The notes under the pieces were generated by a model. That model was given only the letters and a program-made list of their open reading frames with translations. It was not told the DNA's origin and did no database searches. A stretch of 64,000 nt of DNA from an uncultured Candidatus Saccharibacteria bacterium (GTDB lineage: Bacteria > Patescibacteriota > Minisyncoccia > Phycocordibacterales > UBA5272), in the NCBI GenBank assembly GCA_964457775.1, contig CAYWEW010000007.1, positions 6,961 through 70,960 of the forward strand, given 5' to 3'. Position 1 is the stretch's first letter; each line of letters starts with the position of its first letter. Shown in pieces: positions 9,705 through 17,287 of the stretch. Position numbers and translations under genes: made by a program.

Positions 9705-10529
9705 ATGAATACTGTTTCTGTAAGTGGTAAGTGTGATTATCTTGTAGGGAAACCTCTTGGTGGGAATAGTCGGTTCAATTTGTATCGGGCGTCCTCAAAT
9801 GCTTATCCTGATCAAGACTTCATACTCAAGATTGCAAAAACAACTGCGCAAAATCCACTTTTGGAGCGTGAGGCTTTTATTTTTTCGATTATGAATGATG
9901 AAGCTAAACGTCTTGAAGAAGAATATGCGCGGGTTACTGAAGGAAAAGGGTTTCTTAATTATCAGGTTGGTTTCCCTGTTTTGGTCGAAACATTTTTGGC
10001 TGACTCACAGGATAATCGACGGGTTATTGTTGCATCTCTTAGCTCAGAAAATATTAGCAATTTTGTTTCTCTTTCTATGGTGCGTGAACGTGATCGTGTT
10101 CGTGTTGATCCAAAAACAAGTGCCTGGATAATGGGAAAACTTCTCAAGATTCTTGCATTTTGTCACAACCAAAAAATCATAAACAAAAATATTTCTTGTG
10201 GTAATGTTCTCATAGAACGAGGTAATCATCTAGTTACTGTATACGATTGGTCAACTGCTTCAATTCACAACGAAGGTATTCCTCAGGCAGATTCACGAGA
10301 AGAAATAAAGTGCGCTACGCGTGAAGTGGTTCGTGTTTTGGGTGGTAATATCGTTTCGGGAGAAATCCCTGATGATAAACAACTCGTAGATGGTAAGTAT
10401 CAAGAATTTCTCATCAAGCTACTTAGTGGTTCTTATAGCAATGCAAAGGAAGCCCATTCGCGTTTTTACGAAGTTGTAGAAGCAGTCTGGGGCAGAAAGT
10501 TTCACCCGTACGCCTCTTACCCACTGTAA
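9705..10529 (+). CDS. Atypical protein-kinase-like (RIO/Kdo-kinase-like) protein, possibly a pseudokinase
   Basis: FILKIAK (VAIK-like beta3 Lys), LEREAF (alphaC Glu), NKNISCGNVLI (parallels RIO HGDLSEYNILV but with the catalytic Asp replaced by Asn), VTVYDWSTAS (DFG-like). GC about 40%, above the genome background. Confidence 0.5.
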   Translation: MNTVSVSGKCDYLVGKPLGGNSRFNLYRASSNAYPDQDFILKIAKTTAQNPLLEREAFIFSIMNDEAKRLEEEYARVTEGKGFLNYQVGFPVLVETFLADSQDNRRVIVASLSSENISNFVSLSMVRERDRVRVDPKTSAWIMGKLLKILAFCHNQKIINKNISCGNVLIERGNHLVTVYDWSTASIHNEGIPQADSREEIKCATREVVRVLGGNIVSGEIPDDKQLVDGKYQEFLIKLLSGSYSNAKEAHSRFYEVVEAVWGRKFHPYASYPL

Positions 10530-10540
10530 AGGAGAAGGAA

Positions 10541-11650
10541 ATGGAAAAGCGACGCTTTACCAGGGAAACATTCGCTGGTGTCAGGGAAAAAGTCTCTGCT
10601 GCTGGCGGAGATACGTCTTTTGCTGGTCGTCAGCATATCAAGAAAACCAACAAGCTTCACCCGCTTGTTGACCCTGCCGGCTATGGACTTGTTCGCAGGT
10701 CTTTGCCACGGTACTCAGAGTTGGCTGATGGACGGTTACTGTTGCCGAACGGCATTCCGATGCTTGACGAAACATTGTTCGACACGACTGGTTCGATGGG
10801 GCACAATGTTGCCCTTGCGTTTGAGTCATTGCCGACGATGTATGACCTTTTGACTGTGGGTGATTGTCCGGTTTTTGGCCGGTACGACCCGCAGATCATC
10901 AATGCCATCTTCGGCGATGTTGTGGATGACTACATCTGTGCTCGCTCACAAGCGGAAATGGATGAAAAAATCCCTGAACAGCTAACGCTGATGGTTCCAG
11001 AAAACGCTGGTGGTGATAATCCGGAAGATCCGGAATACGGCCTGTTTGGTGCGGCATTCCTCACGGATGCTTTTATCAACAGGTACGGCCTGAAAAGCTA
11101 TCATTCACTGGTTACCGATGCGACCAGTCATGGCCGTATCGACAAACCCAACCTGATTCGTGTGTTCGGTGATACGGTGTTCGATGTGGTTAAGGAAAAT
11201 GGTCATAGCATTACTGCGAAAGACCTACCTACCACAAAGGAAATCGTTGACGAACTAAAGAAGCGTACACACGCTTTCATGGTTCAGGTCGGTGATGAGG
11301 CTTATGTTGGAAGGTACTGGTCCGAAATTTACGGAGTTGATCACCTCGTCGTTATTGAATCGACGAAGTATCTTCCGTTCGTTAAGGCAGCCATTATCGG
11401 TCTAACTGAAGGCATCTTCGATTTGCAGTTTGTGCCTCAGTACCTTGAGTCGGTCGGTTGTGCGAAGAGTGCAGCAAAAAGCATTCAACGCGCAGTTGCC
11501 GGTATTCCTCTCGGTGCACAAGTGATGCTTCCCAACTTCGGTAAGATTCCGAATAGGGGAAGTGTGTTCGCAAAGAAACAGGACCTCTGGCCCATTGCGG
11601 ACGGTGCCACTGTTGACGAGGAAGAAACTGACGACGTTAAGTGGCTGTAA
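10541..11650 (+). CDS. von Willebrand factor A (vWA) domain protein, TerY-like
   Basis: MIDAS motif LFDTTGSMG parallels the D-x-S-G-S-M of TerY-type vWA domains. GC about 50%. Confidence 0.65.
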   Translation: MEKRRFTRETFAGVREKVSAAGGDTSFAGRQHIKKTNKLHPLVDPAGYGLVRRSLPRYSELADGRLLLPNGIPMLDETLFDTTGSMGHNVALAFESLPTMYDLLTVGDCPVFGRYDPQIINAIFGDVVDDYICARSQAEMDEKIPEQLTLMVPENAGGDNPEDPEYGLFGAAFLTDAFINRYGLKSYHSLVTDATSHGRIDKPNLIRVFGDTVFDVVKENGHSITAKDLPTTKEIVDELKKRTHAFMVQVGDEAYVGRYWSEIYGVDHLVVIESTKYLPFVKAAIIGLTEGIFDLQFVPQYLESVGCAKSAAKSIQRAVAGIPLGAQVMLPNFGKIPNRGSVFAKKQDLWPIADGATVDEEETDDVKWL

Positions 11651-11666
11651 TTTACGCCACATCAAG

Positions 11667-11704
11667 TGTTGGTGGGGTCATGGTTAAAATGGCCCCACCA
11701 ACAT
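11667..11704 (+). other. Strong intergenic hairpin (11-bp GC-rich stem) between the vWA and PurA-like genes, no T-tract
   Basis: tgttggtgggg-(15-nt loop)-ccccaccaaca. Confidence 0.5.
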
Positions 11705-11731
11705 TAACATTAACCAAAAGGGAGGTGAAGA

Positions 11732-13123
11732 ATGGCTATCAAAAAAGCATATACTGTCACTGACCTTGGTGGTGGTGATGGAGGTAAGGGTGGTGTTATA
11801 CACAAGTTGTGTGCACTTCGTCGCCCTCATACAGTTATCAAAGTTGGTGGAGCACAAGGTAGTCATGGTGTTTTTACTTCACATGGTGAAAGATTCAATT
11901 TCAGTCAGTTTGGATGTGGGACATTCAATGGATCAAGGACATTTATATCTAATCGATTTGTTGTCTCACCCGTGGGATTACTTAATGAAGCACATGCGCT
12001 TCGATATGAATTAGGTGTACACGATCCGATGTCACTTCTAACGGTGGATGGTAATGCTCTCTGCACAACCCCATACCACGGGATAGCGTCTCGTCTTAAA
12101 GAACTCGCAAGAAAAGAAAATCCACGAGGAATTGTGGGTGTCGGGGTTGGTGAGGCGTTTATAGATGCCAAACAATTTCCTGAGCTTGCGTTTCGTGCGG
12201 CGGATCTTGGTCGTAAAGACATGAGATCTCGTCTTGCTCAGGTTCGAGCACAGAAGCTAGAAGAAGTTGCTAACGTGTTTGCATCTGGCTTTATGGCGGG
12301 GGATATAGAAGAAGCCAAAGAACAGCTTGATTTAATTCGTAATGATGATTTTCTTGATTGGGCCGCAGAACAATTCGAAGAATTTGCTAAACGTGTTAAG
12401 GTTGTCGATGAAGATTTTATTCGTCGGGAAATTTTTTCACGTGATGGTATTATTGTTTTGGAAAGTTCACACGGCGTTCTCACTGACAGGTATTATGGTT
12501 TTGGCCCTCATACATCACGCTTTCGTACATTGCCCGAAATTACTTCTTGGAGCTTGCTCCGTGATTATGATTATGGTGGTGATATTGTTAAGTTTGGTGT
12601 GACTCGTGCTTATCAAATTAGGCATGGGGCAGGACCACTTGTAACTGAAGACACAGAAATGGCAAATGATTTGCTTCCACATGAAGTGGGCGCAGTCGAC
12701 CGCTATCGTGGAAAGGTTCGTGTTGGTCCACTAGATACAGTTTCTCTTCGTTATGCAATTAATGTTTGTGGAGGTAGTAATGCTTTTGATGCAATTGCTG
12801 TAACGTGGTTTGATAGTGTAATTAGAAAGGGTGAATGGAAGGTTTGTAATCGTTATTATGACGCAACGGACCCGCTATTCTTTAACCAATCTGGGGACAT
12901 TATTGTACGTAGAGGGGATGACGATGTTCAGTTAAGGCGACAAGAAAGTTTAACTAAGGTGCTTAAGTCTTGTCGTCCAAGTGTTACAACGTTTCAATTA
13001 TCAAATGGTACTTCGCAAGAAAAGGCGATTAAACTGTGCAGCGACGTGCTAGCTGAGAGGCTTGGTACACCTGTGCGGATGATATCGTTTGGTCCAACAG
13101 AAGCAGATAAAGTTTGCTTCTAG
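11732..13123 (+). CDS. Adenylosuccinate synthetase (PurA) family protein, divergent paralogue
   Basis: Colinear with PurA. GDGGKGG parallels the P-loop GDEGKGK. VGGAQGSHGV parallels GGHNAGHT. The C-terminal ISFGPTEADKV parallels ISTGPDRTETM. The IMP-binding GTTGRRRR element is altered (VDRYRGKVRVG), as is GTTGRGIGP (NPRGIVGVGVG). Strong AAGGGAGGTG ribosome-binding site. GC about 47%. Confidence 0.8.
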   Translation: MAIKKAYTVTDLGGGDGGKGGVIHKLCALRRPHTVIKVGGAQGSHGVFTSHGERFNFSQFGCGTFNGSRTFISNRFVVSPVGLLNEAHALRYELGVHDPMSLLTVDGNALCTTPYHGIASRLKELARKENPRGIVGVGVGEAFIDAKQFPELAFRAADLGRKDMRSRLAQVRAQKLEEVANVFASGFMAGDIEEAKEQLDLIRNDDFLDWAAEQFEEFAKRVKVVDEDFIRREIFSRDGIIVLESSHGVLTDRYYGFGPHTSRFRTLPEITSWSLLRDYDYGGDIVKFGVTRAYQIRHGAGPLVTEDTEMANDLLPHEVGAVDRYRGKVRVGPLDTVSLRYAINVCGGSNAFDAIAVTWFDSVIRKGEWKVCNRYYDATDPLFFNQSGDIIVRRGDDDVQLRRQESLTKVLKSCRPSVTTFQLSNGTSQEKAIKLCSDVLAERLGTPVRMISFGPTEADKVCF

Positions 13124-13173
13124 TTCTAAGCCGCGAGGAATTTTCTCGCATCAACCAACATTAGGAGAAAAGC

Positions 13174-14301
13174 ATGAACGATATACTGAAGGCCCGTTTG
13201 ATTGAGCTCGGACTCGGTGAAGACCAGGTTGCGAAGCTTGAAGCGGAAGGTGTCAAGGAAGAAGCCGATCTGCAGCTTCTCAATCGGGATGAATTGAAAT
13301 CACTCACCGGTTGCGGACTTGTGGCGGCGGCGAAGATTGCGGCGGCATTTACTGCTACTGTCGTAGCCACTCCGGCCGAGTCTGCGGTTCCGCCGATGGG
13401 GGCAGCAACGTTTGACATCCTCCCCCCGGTTCCGAGTGATGAAGCCTGGATGAATGCTCTCAAGGTTGGCGGCGTGCTCAAGTTCAATTCGAGTACTGTC
13501 ATCGGCACGGTGAGTGCAGCCCTAGCTGCCAAGGTGGGTCTTTACGAACTGCCGGGCAAGATCGGGGTGGCCATGGAAAGGCAGGCGGAGTCGCTCGAAG
13601 AACCTGTCGGTGAGGATTATTACCAGATGCAAAACCTCCTCACCCGTCGTAGCTATGCGGACATCTTTGCAGCAATGCCAGGTGTTGACGGCCGGTTCGC
13701 GACTCAGACGCGCAAGGATGTACTGCTTCGTCGTTTGAATGAGCGGTTGTGGGGCTCATTGAGCTCCTATCAACAACAGCTCAAGCAGTGGGTCGAGGCG
13801 TGGCAACAAGGGATGTCCAACCCTGCGGCCATGATGAGTGTGTTTACTGCAATGGCTGGTGGGGTCGGCGCTGTTCCTCCGGGAATGATGCAACCGCCCC
13901 CGATTGACGTTTTGCGGGATGCTGCTGACGGTGTTGTGAACGACATCAACTACGTGTTTGCCGGAACTGGCATTCCCGTTGCGATGGCGCTTGCATACGA
14001 CGCTCAGCAAATCCGCAAAGTTCTCGAAAACCCGTCGCTTCCTGCGCAAGTCGGAGCAGCGAATCGGGAACAAATGCTGCGCATGCTTGGTGCAGCGGTA
14101 TCGTCGGACTATCCGCGTCTCGAAAAAAACCTGAAGCAGTTTGCGCTCGGCATCATCGAGTTTCAAAATGTGACTTCAGGGCAAGCAGAGCTTCAATATG
14201 TCGTCGCGCTTTATCAGCTTGGTTCCATGATTCCGTGGGACAAGCTTGATACCAGCGACGGCGGTCATTCCGGCCTTGGTCGGGGAGGTAAGAAGCTCTA
14301 A
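13174..14301 (+). CDS. Hypothetical Ala/Gly/Pro-rich protein with an N-terminal SAP/HeH (Rho-N-like) motif
   Basis: ILKARLIELGLGEDQVAKLEAEGVKEEADLQLLNRDELKSL resembles HeH/SAP DNA- or RNA-binding motifs. The rest is low-complexity (MQPPPIDVL, AMAGGVGAVPPG). GC about 57%, the most atypical in the window. Confidence 0.45.
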   Translation: MNDILKARLIELGLGEDQVAKLEAEGVKEEADLQLLNRDELKSLTGCGLVAAAKIAAAFTATVVATPAESAVPPMGAATFDILPPVPSDEAWMNALKVGGVLKFNSSTVIGTVSAALAAKVGLYELPGKIGVAMERQAESLEEPVGEDYYQMQNLLTRRSYADIFAAMPGVDGRFATQTRKDVLLRRLNERLWGSLSSYQQQLKQWVEAWQQGMSNPAAMMSVFTAMAGGVGAVPPGMMQPPPIDVLRDAADGVVNDINYVFAGTGIPVAMALAYDAQQIRKVLENPSLPAQVGAANREQMLRMLGAAVSSDYPRLEKNLKQFALGIIEFQNVTSGQAELQYVVALYQLGSMIPWDKLDTSDGGHSGLGRGGKKL

Positions 14302-14341
14302 TCAGTTCTTTCTGTTTGTAATGTTGCTAATTTTGCAACAA

Positions 14342-14368
14342 AGGCGATCTTCGGATCGCCTTTTTTTA
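14342..14368. terminator. Bidirectional rho-independent terminator with a UUCG tetraloop, shared by the convergent 13174..14301 and 14384..16399 genes
   Basis: aggcgatc-ttcg-gatcgcct followed by ttttttt. Confidence 0.7.
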
Positions 14369-14383
14369 TACATAAGTTATTTT

Positions 14384-16399
14384 TTATTTTGGTTTACTTA
14401 ATTGTGGGAGAAATACTCTGTTAATAAATAATTGAGTAGCCAGTCTACGGTACCCAGAGTCATAAAAAGCACTATCACTATCAACGTTATCTGAATGTTC
14501 AGTTTCTAGATTTCCTTTTTTTGGAAAGAAATGTCTATATCCTTTGTGCATTAATCTGTATTGTAAAGTGTCACGCCCGATTTCCTCAGTCCAAACTTTT
14601 TGTGCACCTTGTCCAAGGATATATTTGTCCTCTGAATAAAGATATCCAGGCATTAATTTTTTATATAATTCTTTTATTGTTTCTGTGTCTCCATACCAAG
14701 CTCCGATGAGAGGATGAGTAAGAGTGCTATCGCCAAGTTTGGTGTCAGGATTATCAAAGTCTAAAATGGACATATTGCCGTCATTTTCTTCTAACCAAAA
14801 CTCCATAACCTCACCTTGTATTTTTTCATGAGTGAATGTTTTTTTTATTAAATCTTGGAGATGTTTACGTTTTTCAAATGGAGTACCAGGTTTAACAAAG
14901 ACTGCGATATCAAGGTCTGCTTTACTTTTTGCATATCCTTTTATTCTTGATCCAAGCATTATAACGACCGGATATATTAATTCGGATAATTCTTTATCTT
15001 TTTCGATGGATTCTATTGTTGATGTTATATCTTTAGTATGTATTTCTAAACTGTCCATTCTACCAGTTAAATCAAAATTTAAATTAGGTGATTTTATTCC
15101 AAAACTTGCCAGCTGTTCTTCATTTATAATTTGTAATGAATATAGATGAAGTATCAATTCTTCCGTGGCAGTATGAACATCAGAATCATTTTCAATTAAC
15201 CATAGACTTTTTATTAAGTTCTCATGTTTTTGATAAAATTCCTTAGCTTCAATGTTGCTTGTTTTTACTAAAGTTTCTATTACTTCTTGTATAGATTTAA
15301 TTATAAGTGTGTTTTCTATATTTTCTCCATCAATCGACAATTTATTTTTTATTAATGTTTCAAATTGTTCTGGTCCGAATGATAAAGTGTGAAGTGCTAT
15401 AATTTTTGAGTACCTTTCTAAAAGAAGCCTTCTTTTTTCTTCTTTAAGCCAAAGACCACGACGGTTGGTTGCTTCAGGGTAATCTCTATCAATAATTGCG
15501 GCTTCATTTTCAAAATCTTTTTGCATCATATCTGTAATATTTGAAATATCTGATTTAGGTAAGTCTAGTTTTGTTTCCTGAGAGCTAGATTTGTTTGCTT
15601 GTATGATTCTGGCCATGTTTGAGACCAGGCGATTTTCTGATTTTTCAATGAGGTCGAGGTCGTTTTCATTAATTAATCCCATATCTGCTAATACTGGTAA
15701 TGTATCAGCAATGCTATCCGCGAGTATCTTATCTGTCGTTGTTTCTAGTAAATTAATTATTTCTTCAAAAGATAATATTCCTCTTTTTAAAAATTGAGGA
15801 ATAAGATGCGCAGCTTTAACTACTTCAGGTAAGGGTTCTTTTCTGTACTCAACTTCTGGAATGTTACCATCTATGAAGTCAGCTCTAAGATTGTGTTGAG
15901 TAAGTAAATTCCCCCATCCATTTTTAATGTTAGACGCTAGTTTTGAGTTTGCCTTCGAAAGTTCATCTGTCTTTATTTGTGAATTTAAGTTGGGAAGAAG
16001 TTCAAAAGGCAAGTAAAGTAAAATTTGAGCATTATTTTTATCTTGTTCTAGCAAAAGAGAAAGGGTGTCGTAAAGTTCAACTAAATCTTTTTCCTGAAGT
16101 GTCTCATTTTTTATACTATCCCAGATATCTGTAGTTGCTTCTGGAATAAGATTATATAAATGACTAAGTTCTTTAGAAAGCCTTCGTCTTGTCCTTGCTT
16201 GCTCTTGCAGGTTTTTGTTATTTCGCACTTCTTCTGTCCAAGGTACATTTGTTGTTTCTATATACAATAATGATTCGGTGGCAGGGGAGGTGAGCACTAT
16301 TTTCGGAGATGATTCCAATGTTGCAAATGGCTGCTTGTTTTCCATAGTATTACATATATTATACAAGACAAGACTAGAGATGACTATTATCCTTGACAT
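14384..16399 (-). CDS. Large protein (671 aa) with an alpha-helical N-region and a C-terminal minimal nucleotidyltransferase (Pol-beta superfamily) domain
   Basis: NTase signature GSRIKGYAKSKADLDIAVFV (G-S-x9-13-D-x-D). Transcribed divergently from pncA and shares its operator-bearing intergenic region. Confidence 0.55.
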   Translation of the reverse strand: MSRIIVISSLVLYNICNTMENKQPFATLESSPKIVLTSPATESLLYIETTNVPWTEEVRNNKNLQEQARTRRRLSKELSHLYNLIPEATTDIWDSIKNETLQEKDLVELYDTLSLLLEQDKNNAQILLYLPFELLPNLNSQIKTDELSKANSKLASNIKNGWGNLLTQHNLRADFIDGNIPEVEYRKEPLPEVVKAAHLIPQFLKRGILSFEEIINLLETTTDKILADSIADTLPVLADMGLINENDLDLIEKSENRLVSNMARIIQANKSSSQETKLDLPKSDISNITDMMQKDFENEAAIIDRDYPEATNRRGLWLKEEKRRLLLERYSKIIALHTLSFGPEQFETLIKNKLSIDGENIENTLIIKSIQEVIETLVKTSNIEAKEFYQKHENLIKSLWLIENDSDVHTATEELILHLYSLQIINEEQLASFGIKSPNLNFDLTGRMDSLEIHTKDITSTIESIEKDKELSELIYPVVIMLGSRIKGYAKSKADLDIAVFVKPGTPFEKRKHLQDLIKKTFTHEKIQGEVMEFWLEENDGNMSILDFDNPDTKLGDSTLTHPLIGAWYGDTETIKELYKKLMPGYLYSEDKYILGQGAQKVWTEEIGRDTLQYRLMHKGYRHFFPKKGNLETEHSDNVDSDSAFYDSGYRRLATQLFINRVFLPQLSKPK

Positions 16400-16431
16400 T
16401 TCTAAATTTATGTTGTAGGGTTTTAAAAGAT

Positions 16432-16469
16432 TTGCATTAAAAAACTATATAGTGTATAATATACACTAT
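16432..16469. promoter_or_regulatory. pncA promoter TTGCAT-17-TATAAT with the 21-bp palindrome ATAGTGTATA-A-TATACACTAT (candidate NrtR operator 3) overlapping the -10
   Basis: Perfect palindrome at 16449..16469 with the same TAGTGT-N7-ACACTA core as operators 1 and 2. Confidence 0.5.
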
Positions 16470-16537
16470 TAAGGTAGATTACCTTGGTAAGGAAGTTCTT
16501 TGTAATAAAATCATTCAACAAACAAGGAGAAGTTATC

Positions 16538-17194
16538 ATGAAAAACAAATGGAAAATCGGTGAAAATGGTAACAAGGATGCACTGGTAATCATTGATGCA
16601 GAAGTCGATTTTGTGAATCCTGGTGGCAAACTTTATGTGTCCGGGGTAGATGGTGAATCAAGTGGAGATGATGTTGTTTTCGGTATAATCGAACTCAACA
16701 AACAGCCGTTCGATTATCGAGTCACCTCAGAAGATGAACATCCTCCTGGCCATATTGAGTTTGATATTTTTCCTCCACATTGTGAAAAAGGAAAAGTTGG
16801 TCAAGAATACGTAGCGGTCCTTGACCCCGTGTATGAAAGCAGTGATGAAAATCTCGTCAAAGGTGATGATGTTAGCATTATTGCCTACTCTATTGCAACG
16901 AGTAAGGAATTCGCCAATCACATTGGCCGTCTTCGTGCAAAGGGCATCAAGCGAATTTTCGTTACTGGCTGGGCATATACCCACTGTGTAGGAGAATCTG
17001 CAATTGCATACGCATCTCAAGGTTTCGAAACCTTTGTTGTGCGTGACCTTACTCGCAGTGTTGCTCCTCCTTACGGAGATCCTGAAGTCATGAAACAAAA
17101 ACTCGCACTTTATGGTGTCAAAGAAGTTTATATGGCAGATATGGAAAGTGCTGACTCATTTCTTTCTGTGGCCATAAGCAGCCCTTGTCCGTGA
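16538..17194 (+). CDS. pncA: Nicotinamidase / isochorismatase-family hydrolase (PncA-like)
   Basis: ALVIIDAEVDF (the ALLLVDxQNDF region of PncA). The Cys FVTGWAYTHCV parallels the catalytic GLATDYCV. AAGGAG ribosome-binding site before the ATG at 16538. Confidence 0.7.
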   Translation: MKNKWKIGENGNKDALVIIDAEVDFVNPGGKLYVSGVDGESSGDDVVFGIIELNKQPFDYRVTSEDEHPPGHIEFDIFPPHCEKGKVGQEYVAVLDPVYESSDENLVKGDDVSIIAYSIATSKEFANHIGRLRAKGIKRIFVTGWAYTHCVGESAIAYASQGFETFVVRDLTRSVAPPYGDPEVMKQKLALYGVKEVYMADMESADSFLSVAISSPCP

Positions 17195-17203
17195 TTTGTT
17201 GTT

Positions 17204-17246
17204 GGGTTTCTGCTCTATGTTTGCTCATTTAGCAGAAACCCTTTTT
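17204..17246 (+). terminator. Rho-independent terminator after pncA
   Basis: gggtttctgct-...-agcagaaaccc followed by ttttt. Confidence 0.65.
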
Positions 17247-17287
17247 ATAAAGTATCTAAATAATTATTTGGGTATTTTTAGAAAATA

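Noticed and set aside
9705-14301. Prophage fragment
   Set aside because: The island has no capsid, terminase, integrase or tail genes recognisable by motif. Its GC shift supports foreign origin but not specifically a prophage.
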